Shown: positions 54,005 to 63,774 of the stretch, one piece after another
Layout: each line of letters begins with the position of its first letter
Numbering within the stretch: the first letter of the stretch is position 1
Assembly: GCA_037137535.1 (NCBI GenBank)
Contig: JBAXKC010000002.1
Coordinates: 1 to 64,000 of the forward strand
DNA: 64,000 nt
Reading direction: 5' to 3'
Source of the DNA: a bacterium
Lineage (GTDB): Bacteria; Cyanobacteriota; Vampirovibrionia; Gastranaerophilales; JBAXKC01
The notes under the pieces: model-generated
What the model was told of the DNA's origin: nothing
What the model saw: only the letters and a program-made list of their open reading frames with translations
The model's database searches: none
Program-made: the position numbers and the translations under genes

Positions 54005-54748
54005 TTAATCCTCTATTTCAACTTTTGCATTGGGATTAAAGGGATTAGTCCGCAATATAAGTGAATATACAAAAGGATAATCAGTTCTTAAATGGTTAAC
54101 ATATAATAACCATTGGCTTATTAGTGAAACATAAACTCTTTTTATATCATTTGAAATATGCTCATAGTCATTTTTTGATAAATTATCAATATCTTTTCTA
54201 TATTCAAGTTCTTGCATTAAATGACAAACTGCCCACAACAAATCACTAAAAAGTTCATGTTCTAATAGGTTTTGATTTTCTAAAAGACTCAACAAGAAAC
54301 TTTTATTATTAATTAGTATATCTTTAATTTTTTTTATAATTATAGAGTCATTTTTAATTTTATAATTATGGTTCTCTATGTTTTTCTTTACAGAAATAAA
54401 ATCTTTTTCTTTCCATTTTGCAGAAATATTCAATAACTCTCTTATTTTATCAAGATTTATATCACTATTAGAGAGTATTTTTAATAATTCTACTCCTAAT
54501 TGAGTAAAAAAAGCACCGATAACCATATACATTTTATTTTGAAGTGCATTTTTCTCTCTAACTGCAATTATTTTGGTAATAATTAAAGTCACAATTAAAA
54601 TTTGCAATGGCAAGAAAGCTAAATCCTGAAATAAGTAAAAAAAGGTGTCCTGTGGTTTATTAAAAATAAAAATCTGAAGAACGTAGATTCCTGTTGAAAT
54701 GAAAACCAGTAAAAAGCCCATTAATATATATTTCAGCAATTTATTCAT
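54005..54748 (-). CDS. Conserved-type hypothetical membrane protein (2 TM)
   Basis: DLAFLPLQILIVT, VIGAFF, LLENQNLLEHE.FSDLLWAV.HL..EL. Confidence 0.7.
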   Translation of the reverse strand: MNKLLKYILMGFLLVFISTGIYVLQIFIFNKPQDTFFYLFQDLAFLPLQILIVTLIITKIIAVREKNALQNKMYMVIGAFFTQLGVELLKILSNSDINLDKIRELLNISAKWKEKDFISVKKNIENHNYKIKNDSIIIKKIKDILINNKSFLLSLLENQNLLEHELFSDLLWAVCHLMQELEYRKDIDNLSKNDYEHISNDIKRVYVSLISQWLLYVNHLRTDYPFVYSLILRTNPFNPNAKVEIED

Positions 54749-54770
54749 TATCTTAAATCCATTATTAATC

Positions 54771-54796
54771 TAATAATCTATTCAAATAGATTATTA
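54771..54796. promoter_or_regulatory. Perfect 12-bp inverted repeat in divergent intergenic region
   Basis: TAATAATCTATT-CA-AATAGATTATTA. Confidence 0.4.
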
Positions 54797-54950
54797 AGAA
54801 TAGAAGTAAGTGTAAAGCATAATCAATTTTAAATACTTTTATAAATTTTTATTAATTAAATTTAGAAAGATAGAGATGACTTTTATCAAAATATCTTCGG
54901 TTTGCCTTATAATATAAGCAAGTTACGTATAAAAAATTGGAAAAAAGTCA

Positions 54951-55868
54951 TTGAAAACTATAAATGAAAAATCTAAGCTTTCTCTCATAAAAAAAACAGC
55001 TGATGGAATAAGAAAAAGAGTTCTTGAGCACACTATCACCAATAATGGCGGTTATTTGAGTCAGGCATGCTCTTCTGCCGAAATATTCGCATCACTTTAT
55101 GAAGAAATCATGAATTTAGGTTCAATAGAAGCACCAATGATGCCTGAACAATTCGTTAGTGTCCCGAATAAAAACTTTCCTTTCAAAACAGGGGCTGATT
55201 TTAATGGTAAAAAGTCTGAAGAAACAGATAGGTTTATACTATCGCCAGCACAATATGCTTTAGTTCTATATGCAGCTTTAGTTGAAGTAGGGCGTATGGA
55301 CAATGAAGGAATGCTTCAATTCAACAAAGACGGAAGTACCGTTGAAATGATCGGTGCAGAACATTCACCCGGAATGGAAGTTATGACCGGCTCATTAGGG
55401 CAAGGATTAAGTCAGGCTTCAGGCATTGCAATGGCAAGAAAATTAAAGGGTGAAACCGGTAATGTATGGGTATTTATGTCAGACGGAGAGTTTCAGTCCG
55501 GTCAAAACTGGGAAGCTATTCAAGCAGCTTCATTTCATGAATTAAGCAATCTTAAAATTATTGTTGATGTAAACAGACAACAATGCGATGGAGCAATTAG
55601 CTCTGTTATGACTATTGAACCCTTTGATACTAGATTATCGTCTTTTGGCGCTCATGTAGTTTCACTTAACGGGCATGATATTCAAGGAATAATTGACGCA
55701 GCAAATGTCGATACGGGAAATAAACCACTTGTTATTCTTGCAAATACTAACCCATCAGAAGGATTTGAACTTTTAAATAAAAGAGCTCCGAAGCTTCATT
55801 ATGTTAGATTTACAAGTGCCGAAGAAAAAAGTATGTATGAAAAAGTCCTTGCGGACATAAATAAATAA
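54951..55868 (+). CDS. Transketolase-like enzyme, N-terminal (ThDP-binding) subunit, atypical active site
   Basis: DRFILS, TGSLGQG, SDGE..G..WEA...N ThDP motif; canonical His positions replaced. Confidence 0.85.
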   Translation: MKTINEKSKLSLIKKTADGIRKRVLEHTITNNGGYLSQACSSAEIFASLYEEIMNLGSIEAPMMPEQFVSVPNKNFPFKTGADFNGKKSEETDRFILSPAQYALVLYAALVEVGRMDNEGMLQFNKDGSTVEMIGAEHSPGMEVMTGSLGQGLSQASGIAMARKLKGETGNVWVFMSDGEFQSGQNWEAIQAASFHELSNLKIIVDVNRQQCDGAISSVMTIEPFDTRLSSFGAHVVSLNGHDIQGIIDAANVDTGNKPLVILANTNPSEGFELLNKRAPKLHYVRFTSAEEKSMYEKVLADINK

Positions 55869-55881
55869 TTTAGGAAGAATA

Positions 55882-56889
55882 ATGGAAGTATTATCAAAAG
55901 TTCACGCTAAAAACCTTATAAAATGGGCAGAAGATAAAAAAGAAGTAGTTGTTTTATCAGCTGATTTAACAAGCTCTACAGAAGCAGATTTATTTAGAGA
56001 CACTTACCCTGAAAGATTCTTTTCGATGGGAATAGCAGAACAAAATATGCTAAGTTTTGCAGGTGGAATGGCACGAGAAGGATTTATTCCTTTTATTCAC
56101 ACTTTTGCCGTTTTCATATACAGAAGAGCTTACGATCAAATTGCTATGTCTGTTGCATATCCAAACCTTCCTGTAAAAATGTTTGGATTTTTGCCTGGTA
56201 TAACAACACCTGGTGGAGCTACTCATCAGGCAATAGAAGATATTTCCGTAATGCGCTCGCTTCCTAATATGACAATCTTAGAATGTGGAGATGCAACGGA
56301 AGTTGAATCCGTTACAGAACTTGCCTATTCAATTGATGGACCTGTTTATATAAGAATGTTAAGAGGCGAAATACCTAGATTATTTGATAAATCAGAACCT
56401 ATGGAATTTAAAAAGCCAAGATTACTTTCATCAGGAACTGATATAACGATAATTTCAAGCGGAATATGTACAGAAGAAGCAATGAGGGCAATTACCGCAA
56501 TTAAAAAACGAGGAATATCAGTTTGTCATTACCATATTTCAACATTAAAGCCGTTTGATTTTGACAGTATTGCTGATTCTGTAAAAAACACTAAATATGG
56601 TGTTATAACCATGGAAAATCATTCTGTAATTGGTGGATTAGGCAGTATTATTGCCGAAGGTATTGCAGAAGCAGGAATAAGCACTAAATTCAAAAAAATA
56701 GGACTTCGTGATACGTTTGCTCATGGTGGAAGCAAAAGCTATTTAATGAGCAAATATAAAATTGATGCGATTGCATTAATTGAAGAAGTTGAAAAAATAA
56801 TTGGCGAAAAGCTTAACATTCAAGAGGCCGAACTTGCAAAGGTTCATATTACAGCCGTTCATAGTTTGGCAAAAGCGGAGGCTCTCTAA
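55882..56889 (+). CDS. Transketolase-like enzyme, C-terminal (pyrimidine-binding) subunit
   Basis: SADL..S, GIAEQNM, RAYDQI, GATHQ, ENHS..GGLG. Confidence 0.88.
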   Translation: MEVLSKVHAKNLIKWAEDKKEVVVLSADLTSSTEADLFRDTYPERFFSMGIAEQNMLSFAGGMAREGFIPFIHTFAVFIYRRAYDQIAMSVAYPNLPVKMFGFLPGITTPGGATHQAIEDISVMRSLPNMTILECGDATEVESVTELAYSIDGPVYIRMLRGEIPRLFDKSEPMEFKKPRLLSSGTDITIISSGICTEEAMRAITAIKKRGISVCHYHISTLKPFDFDSIADSVKNTKYGVITMENHSVIGGLGSIIAEGIAEAGISTKFKKIGLRDTFAHGGSKSYLMSKYKIDAIALIEEVEKIIGEKLNIQEAELAKVHITAVHSLAKAEAL

Positions 56890-58008
56890 ATGATTTCTAA
56901 TGATCGTTTTATTGTCGAATATTTAATCAAAGGAACAGAAAAAGAAGCCTATGCTAAGGCAGAAGACATTTGCGTAGAACAGACTATAGAATTTCCTAAA
57001 GATTTAGTAACAAGTCAACTAATTCTTGATCAAATAATTGGTAAGATTGATTCATTTGAAAAAGTAGCCGAGGGTTACTTAGCAAAAATCAGCTTTGCAA
57101 TAGAAATAACATCTTTTGAATTTACTCAACTATTAAACGTTATTTTTGGAAATATCAGTATAAAACCAGGCATAAAAGTTCAAAAAATTGACCTGCCAGA
57201 CTCTTTATTAAAACATTTTAGCGGACCTCGTTTTGGAAGAGAAGGAATAAGAAAACTTTTAAATGTCTATGACAGACCATTACTTTTTACTGCTTTAAAA
57301 CCGATGGGTTTATCAGCAAAAGAACTTGGGGAATTAGCTTATAAATTTGCACTAGGCGGAATTGACATAATAAAAGACGATCATGGACTTACAAATCAAA
57401 TTTTTGCACCATTTAACGACAGAGTAAAATACTGCGTTGAAGGTGTAGAAAAGGCTAATGAGGAAACAGGTTTAAACTGTATTTACGTTCCCAATATCAC
57501 AGCATCGTATGATGATACAATGACAAGAGCTGTAAAAGCTAAAGAACTTGGTGCAAAAGGGATTATGCTTGCACCTGCTATTACAGGACTTGATGCAATA
57601 AAAAAACTAGCTGACGATGATAATATGAATCTACCTATTTTTAGTCACCCAGCCTTTCAAGGAAGCTACTTAACCTGTTCTGAAAGTGGATTTTCTCATT
57701 ATGCACTTTTAGGTCAAATTACAAGATTAGCTGGAGCAGATGGAGTTATATATCCAAACTTCGGTGGTCGTTTTGCGTTTACAAAAGAAGAATGTAACAG
57801 TATTGCAAATGGTACTGCTGTTAAAATGGGTGATATAAAAGAAATATTTCCTTGCCCAGGCGGAGGAATGAGCCTTGATAAAATACCTGAAATGGTTGAA
57901 GTATACGGAAAAGAAGTTATTTTCTTAATGGGGGGCGGATTATTCAGACACAGCGATGATCTGGTCGAGAATTGTAGATATTTTAAGAAAATGGTTCAAC
58001 AATTTTAG
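56890..58008 (+). CDS. rlp: RuBisCO-like protein (form IV), KDDH type
   Basis: EQT, FGNIS, GPRFG..G.R, LKPMG, GGIDIIKDDHGL, HPA, GGRF, PGGG, GG. Confidence 0.9.
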   Translation: MISNDRFIVEYLIKGTEKEAYAKAEDICVEQTIEFPKDLVTSQLILDQIIGKIDSFEKVAEGYLAKISFAIEITSFEFTQLLNVIFGNISIKPGIKVQKIDLPDSLLKHFSGPRFGREGIRKLLNVYDRPLLFTALKPMGLSAKELGELAYKFALGGIDIIKDDHGLTNQIFAPFNDRVKYCVEGVEKANEETGLNCIYVPNITASYDDTMTRAVKAKELGAKGIMLAPAITGLDAIKKLADDDNMNLPIFSHPAFQGSYLTCSESGFSHYALLGQITRLAGADGVIYPNFGGRFAFTKEECNSIANGTAVKMGDIKEIFPCPGGGMSLDKIPEMVEVYGKEVIFLMGGGLFRHSDDLVENCRYFKKMVQQF

Positions 58009-58039
58009 GCAGAAATATTTGTTTAAAACAAAATCACTC

Positions 58040-59377
58040 TCAAGCAAACCTATCAATATACAATTTAATATCGAATTTACTTTTTAGTCCGTTATAACTC
58101 ATATAACGGACTTTTCCAAATACTTCTCGATCTTTCCAAGCTCGGTCATGAAGTCCACCTATTGACCATAAAATACCAACATATCCATTTGGATCTCTAC
58201 CATCAAGTTCATATTTATCATTAAGGTAAATGGCTATTTTAATTGCATCTTCAGGTGATCGTGTCCATTCAAGAATTTTTTTTGCCCAATACATTCTTAG
58301 ATAACCATGCATTTTACCTTTTATTTTCATTTCATTCTGACAAGCATTCCATATTAAATCATGCGTTTTTGCACTTTCAAACTCTTCCAACGAATAAATA
58401 TAACTTCTTATATCACTTCTATGATTATTTAAACTTTGCTTTGCCCAGTTAGGTAGTCCATTAAAATTATCATAATCAGAGTTATAATAACAAAAATTAT
58501 CTGATAACTCTTTGCGTACAATTAATTCTTCTAAAAAACTTTCTTTAGATAACTCAAAATTTGATTTATTTACTTCAATAGCAATTCGTTGTGAAGAAAT
58601 TTGCCCAAAATGTAAATATGGTGATAAGTTTGACAAAGCTGGAACATTTGGATTATTTCTATCTTTAGAATAATTACAAAGCTTTTCTTCAATAAAACTC
58701 TGCAATAATAATTTAGCTTCTTCTTCACCTGATTTCAGACCGTCAACAGGTTTTACTTCAAAATTGATTTCTAAATTTCTATAAACTAAATCCCAATTAT
58801 TAATATATTTATATTTAGAACAATCATATTCATTTGGATTAACAGAAGGAAATTCTTCTAAAAACTCGGGCAATTGACGCTTAATTTTATTTCTAATCGT
58901 ATAAGCACCATATTCTAACTTTGGTGATGCCTCCCATACCGGAACAATATTATGAGTATCCACTTCAAAAAAAGGAATATAAATTTTATTTAGAATATTA
59001 TTTTTCCACTCTCTTTTTATTTTTAATGGATCAAAATCTGTAATCAAACATGAAGCTTGTACCTCAGAAATAAAATTTGATAATTCTTCAACAGGATTAC
59101 CACTCAATAAAATAAAAGGAAAGTTATAATCAGTAAACTTCTTTTCTAACTCGATTAATCCATTTATCATAAAATCATATTGCTTAAATGTTGCATCTAA
59201 AAAATTTGGAACAAGACAAAAGCACACAATAACAGGTTGTTTGAATTTATTAGACAGTTCTTGAGCATAAACTAAAGCCCAATTATCACTAAATCGCTGA
59301 TCACGACTAATCCATAAAACAATAGGACCTGTTTTAAATTCTTTATCATTAAGTTTTCTTATACGTTTTAAATTCAT
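58040..59377 (-). CDS. phrB: Class II CPD photolyase
   Basis: RDQR..DNWAL, SNLSPYLHFGQIS, RKELSDNFC, RMYWAKKILEW, DGRDPNGY. Confidence 0.93.
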   Translation of the reverse strand: MNLKRIRKLNDKEFKTGPIVLWISRDQRFSDNWALVYAQELSNKFKQPVIVCFCLVPNFLDATFKQYDFMINGLIELEKKFTDYNFPFILLSGNPVEELSNFISEVQASCLITDFDPLKIKREWKNNILNKIYIPFFEVDTHNIVPVWEASPKLEYGAYTIRNKIKRQLPEFLEEFPSVNPNEYDCSKYKYINNWDLVYRNLEINFEVKPVDGLKSGEEEAKLLLQSFIEEKLCNYSKDRNNPNVPALSNLSPYLHFGQISSQRIAIEVNKSNFELSKESFLEELIVRKELSDNFCYYNSDYDNFNGLPNWAKQSLNNHRSDIRSYIYSLEEFESAKTHDLIWNACQNEMKIKGKMHGYLRMYWAKKILEWTRSPEDAIKIAIYLNDKYELDGRDPNGYVGILWSIGGLHDRAWKDREVFGKVRYMSYNGLKSKFDIKLYIDRFA

Positions 59378-59520
59378 TATTAAAAAATTATCTCTAAATT
59401 ATTATTTATTATTACATTTATAATCATTTAAATATATAATCAGTAAAACTGAAATTTACACTATAATATAAGTATATTAAATATTTCTGTATTAATTAAA
59501 TAAACTAAGTAAAGTATTAA

Positions 59521-60042
59521 ATGATAGATTTATTAATTTTCTCCACTATATATAAACAAAACCTTAGCGGCTATGCGATAAAGGCTTACATAGACGGCAA
59601 TTACAGTCCATTCTTTAAAATAAGCACAGGTGCAATATATCCTGTTTTAAAAAAATTGATAAATAATAATTTAATTATAGAAAATTCTTCCTTTTCTCAA
59701 GGTGGCCAAAAAAAAATTATTTATTCCATAACAAATAAAGGAAAAGATTTCTTTTTAAAAAAATTATTGGAAAATTTTTCCAATTCTCCTCAAAATGCTC
59801 AAAATGAATTTATTGCAAAATTTCTTTGCTTAAATGAATTAGAAATAGAATATAAATTAGAAATTATTAATAAATTAGACAAATATCTCGAATATGAAAA
59901 ATTAAAACTGGAAAAACATATATTAAAGTTAAAAGAAAATTCTCAAAATAAATTTTTACTAAGATTAGTTGAATCAAAGCAGTTTGAACTTAATGAAAAG
60001 AAAATGATGCTTAAACAAATAAAATCAGTACAAAATCTATAA
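59521..60042 (+). CDS. PadR family transcriptional regulator
   Basis: SGYAI, STGAIYPVLKKL, KIIYSITNKG. Confidence 0.85.
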   Translation: MIDLLIFSTIYKQNLSGYAIKAYIDGNYSPFFKISTGAIYPVLKKLINNNLIIENSSFSQGGQKKIIYSITNKGKDFFLKKLLENFSNSPQNAQNEFIAKFLCLNELEIEYKLEIINKLDKYLEYEKLKLEKHILKLKENSQNKFLLRLVESKQFELNEKKMMLKQIKSVQNL

Positions 60043-60047
60043 GTTCA

Positions 60048-61394
60048 TTATTTTTTTACCTTTTCAAGAACTTTTGAAATTGTAACTCTAAATTTTCCAT
60101 TTTTATCAGGTAAAATTTCATCTGGATACTCAAATTCATAACGAATATCTTCTTTTTGAGTCAGATTATTAAGAATTTTAATCATTTTATCTTGATTATA
60201 AGGTCTACTTTCAGCTGAACAAACTAGATTAATCCTAAAGTAATCAAAATCTTCTTGAATTATTTTATATTGCTTAACTTCTTTCATTTCACGAGCAATA
60301 AACCAACCCATTGCCGATGTGGGTATGACTTTACCATCACTTAAAAGAAAATGATCGCTTATTCGGCCTACTTTAAAGTCCATTAAAGGATAAGGTAATC
60401 CACAAGTACAAGTTTTGTCGGTTGGTAAGCCTGTATCGCCGATATCATATCTTAACAACGGCATCCCTTTAATATATAAAGGCGTACAAATTATTTTTTT
60501 TACATCATTTGTACCTTCTATATCTTCATATTCAACTAAAACCTCATCAATATTGACATGCATGTTGCCATGCCTGCACTCATGCGCAATACAAGGCATT
60601 TCTGAAGAACCGTATTGATCATAAACAGGAGCATTAAAAGCTTTATTTAAAACATCTCTACCATTTAACGGTTCAGCGGTAGAAAAAACGCCTTCGACAC
60701 CATCAATTTTAATATTGTTCTCAACTATAAACTTTGCAAACTCTGTCAAAAGAGCAGAATATCCGTAAACTTGTTTAGGCTTAAATTGTTGTAAATCTTC
60801 AACCCATTTCATCATGTCTGATTTTGATGATTTTCTTGTATCTAAAAGAAGTTTCCGCCTTAAAGTTAAGCCCATCTTTCTTTTGAAATTATTTAGCTCA
60901 TCAAGTCTTTTTAAATCTGAAACAACCCATGCAGATTTATCCCAATAATTCCAGCCCACCCATGAGTTAGATCGGTATCTTAAAGCAAAACCATATTCCT
61001 GATCCTCTTTGCTTTTATATATTTTTAACGGAATACCTGTAGAGCCGCCTGTTGTAGAAAAAATCAAATCATTTTGACTTAAACTCATATCTAAAAGTTT
61101 TTCATGTTGATCCCTGATTACAGTTTTATCCAAAATAGGAATTTGGGAATAATCCTTTAATGTTTTGATATCATCAGGAATAATATTAAGAGAATTGAAC
61201 AATTCAGTATAATATGGGATATTTTTATAACAATGATTTAGTAATTTCTTTAAATTAGACCATTGTAAATTTTTTAATTCCTCTGTCATCAAATAATCGC
61301 GTTTTTTTATTTGATTATAATACTTAATTCTATTATGACCTTTATAAATATTTATCGAAGGCAAAATTATATTTTTATAAAAAAAATCTTCCAT
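60048..61394 (-). CDS. Phenylacetate-CoA ligase family (CapK-like) adenylating enzyme
   Basis: IPYY, TTGGSTGIP, YGSSE, PLLRYDIGD, GRISD, GKFR. Confidence 0.85.
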   Translation of the reverse strand: MEDFFYKNIILPSINIYKGHNRIKYYNQIKKRDYLMTEELKNLQWSNLKKLLNHCYKNIPYYTELFNSLNIIPDDIKTLKDYSQIPILDKTVIRDQHEKLLDMSLSQNDLIFSTTGGSTGIPLKIYKSKEDQEYGFALRYRSNSWVGWNYWDKSAWVVSDLKRLDELNNFKRKMGLTLRRKLLLDTRKSSKSDMMKWVEDLQQFKPKQVYGYSALLTEFAKFIVENNIKIDGVEGVFSTAEPLNGRDVLNKAFNAPVYDQYGSSEMPCIAHECRHGNMHVNIDEVLVEYEDIEGTNDVKKIICTPLYIKGMPLLRYDIGDTGLPTDKTCTCGLPYPLMDFKVGRISDHFLLSDGKVIPTSAMGWFIAREMKEVKQYKIIQEDFDYFRINLVCSAESRPYNQDKMIKILNNLTQKEDIRYEFEYPDEILPDKNGKFRVTISKVLEKVKK

Positions 61395-61524
61395 TTATAA
61401 CCTCAGTCCAATGTTAATACCATCCGATAAACTTTATACAAAAAATTATAAATATTTGTTATAGCCTATTGACTAATAGCCAAAGGTATTTAACGAGTTA
61501 AATTAGATAAAATATTATATATTA

Positions 61525-61565
61525 GAGCAATTTTTGACATTTTATTGTTTTAATATATGTATAGA
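61525..61565 (+). promoter_or_regulatory. Bipartite motif copy 4 (GAGCAAT-N14-TGTTTTAATATA)
   Basis: Same 14-nt spacing as the copies at 119 and 27571. Confidence 0.5.
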
Positions 61566-61583
61566 TGTTTATGAGGTTGGCAA

Positions 61584-62249
61584 ATGAATTTAGTAAGATT
61601 ACCAATAATAGACAAAAGCCATCTTAAAACCTATAGTCAACTGATTGTCCCTACTGTTGCAGTAGCGGCAACTTTTAGCAAAGCCTATCAATTTGACGAT
61701 AAACAAGAACAAGTGAACCACTTATCTAATAATTTATCAACAAATTTTACAGCAGTAGCACTTCAAAAAATTCCTTACGGAGTTTTCAATGTGGTTGCAG
61801 CAGCAGCAACATTTATAAGAACTTTTGATGAAAAGACAAAATATGATAAAGTCTGCTCAGTCGTTCAAGATAGCAGTTGGATTGCATGCGGTCTTGCAGT
61901 TCAACGATTATTAAAAAATAACCCTTTATTTAAACACTCTGTTTGTGCAGGAAATGGAGCAGTTAATAAATTAATGGCTTTTATATATGATTTATGCACA
62001 TTTACAATTGGTACAAACCTAGTTGCTCCTAAACTGGAGAAATTTATACGACATATATTTGTAGATCCGTTTGTGGCAAGAAATCCTCAAAGTAGATTCG
62101 GCAAGGAAAATGACCTTAACTCTTACGATAAATTTGAACTTGTAAGCGATAAATTAAAAGAAGCACAAAGTGCTGATTCTCCGTTACCTATAAGAATGGA
62201 TAGATTTAATCTTGCAAGAATTCGTGAGGCAAAACCCGGAAAAGCATAA
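61584..62249 (+). CDS. Orphan hypothetical protein with weakly hydrophobic helices
   Basis: GAGG RBS; 221 aa; no recognisable family. Confidence 0.65.
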   Translation: MNLVRLPIIDKSHLKTYSQLIVPTVAVAATFSKAYQFDDKQEQVNHLSNNLSTNFTAVALQKIPYGVFNVVAAAATFIRTFDEKTKYDKVCSVVQDSSWIACGLAVQRLLKNNPLFKHSVCAGNGAVNKLMAFIYDLCTFTIGTNLVAPKLEKFIRHIFVDPFVARNPQSRFGKENDLNSYDKFELVSDKLKEAQSADSPLPIRMDRFNLARIREAKPGKA

Positions 62250-62348
62250 TTTGAAATATGTAATTAAATAGTTAGGTCTTGTGATGGCTTCTATTAACAT
62301 GATAAGATTTATCCATTGCTTTTAAATAAGGTTTTGGAGAAATATTTT

Positions 62349-62879
62349 ATGACAAAAGGATATTTAAAAAAATGTATCCTCGGAGCTATGTCAATATTGA
62401 TACTAACAGGATGTGTCTACAATCCTTCCATTGAAAAATTAAATAAAATGGCAATGGATCAAATGCAAAGCGGTAATTATGATGCTGCAATACAAAAATT
62501 ACAAGCAATAAATGATCTGGATTCAACAATAGCAAATAACTACTATAATCTTGGTATTGCATATTCACAAAAAGAAGATTATGAAAATTCAATAAAAAAT
62601 TTCAGAAAAGCAATAAGACTAAATCCTACCTACGCTAAATCTTATTTCAGCTTAGCCGTTGTAGAGGAAAATTATTCAATAACATTAAGTAATGATGAAA
62701 ATAAATTAAAAGATAAAAATAAAGTTAAACAAATTATTGATTTATTAACAGATGCAAATAAAAACTACTCTGACTATATAACTAAACCAAAAGCGCAAGA
62801 TATTCCGACTGTTAACCAAAAATTCGCTGTTATTAAAGCTGATATAGAAAAATATAGCCAAATATACTCAAAACTCTAA
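62349..62879 (+). CDS. TPR lipoprotein
   Basis: Lipobox LTGC; YYNLGIAY, AIRLNP TPRs; GGAG RBS. Confidence 0.8.
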   Translation: MTKGYLKKCILGAMSILILTGCVYNPSIEKLNKMAMDQMQSGNYDAAIQKLQAINDLDSTIANNYYNLGIAYSQKEDYENSIKNFRKAIRLNPTYAKSYFSLAVVEENYSITLSNDENKLKDKNKVKQIIDLLTDANKNYSDYITKPKAQDIPTVNQKFAVIKADIEKYSQIYSKL

Positions 62880-62896
62880 GAAAAGAGTTTAAATTA

Positions 62897-63694
62897 ATGT
62901 TTAGATCTCCTGGAGAAATTGCACTTAAATTAGGATTATTCCAAATTCACTGGTATGGAATAATAATTTGTATTGCGTTCTTTACAGGCTTTGTAATTGT
63001 CTTAAAATTATCGAAAAAGTTTGATATGTCAGAAGATCAAATTTACGATATATCTTTTTATTCCTTAATTAGCGCTATTATAGGGGCTAGGTTTTATTAT
63101 GTTCTTGTAAACCTACATTATTTTCTTACATATCCTCAAGAAATAATAATGGTATGGCATGGTGGAATATCAATACATGGTGCAATCTTTGGCGGTCTTA
63201 TATCGCTTTATGTTTATTCAAAAAAACAAAGTATAAATTTTCTGAAATTGACAGATTTATTTTCCATAGGACTTATATTAGGTCAATCAATTGGAAGATG
63301 GGGAAATTTCTTTAATTCGGAAGCCTTTGGAAAACCAACCAATTTACCATGGAAACTATACATACCTTTAGCCAAAAGACCTGTAGAGTACATAAATTAT
63401 CAATATTTTCATCCTACATTCTTATATGAATCAGTCTGGAACTTAATAGTATTTATATTGTTATTATTAACTCTTAACTATAAAAAGAACTTAAAAATAG
63501 GAGAATTAACCTGTTTATATTTCATTTTTTATTCAATAGGCAGAGCTTTTATTGAACAATTAAGAGTAGATAGTGTTTTTAGTCCGCATAACATCCCAAT
63601 TGCTTTTATTATCAGCATATTTTTAATTTTAACAGGTATTACAGGATTAGTTCTTATAGCTTTTCACGGCAAAAAATACAAAGAGAACATTTAA
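62897..63694 (+). CDS. lgt: Prolipoprotein diacylglyceryl transferase
   Basis: WYG, GAR, WHGGISIHG, GRWGNFFNSEAFG, HPTFLYES. Confidence 0.95.
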   Translation: MFRSPGEIALKLGLFQIHWYGIIICIAFFTGFVIVLKLSKKFDMSEDQIYDISFYSLISAIIGARFYYVLVNLHYFLTYPQEIIMVWHGGISIHGAIFGGLISLYVYSKKQSINFLKLTDLFSIGLILGQSIGRWGNFFNSEAFGKPTNLPWKLYIPLAKRPVEYINYQYFHPTFLYESVWNLIVFILLLLTLNYKKNLKIGELTCLYFIFYSIGRAFIEQLRVDSVFSPHNIPIAFIISIFLILTGITGLVLIAFHGKKYKENI

Positions 63695-63774
63695 TTTTAA
63701 ATGCATTTATTTGAAATTGAAGTTTTTGCGTTGTATGCTTTAACGTGGAAATAAATTAATAAAGGGTAATATTT

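Noticed and set aside
56890-58008. True CO2-fixing RuBisCO
   Set aside because: KDDH instead of KDDE, other catalytic residues substituted, only 372 aa, and no rbcS or prk nearby.
63695-63774. TPP riboswitch upstream of thiG
   Set aside because: Only 80 nt, and no CTGAGA/ACCTG core is visible.
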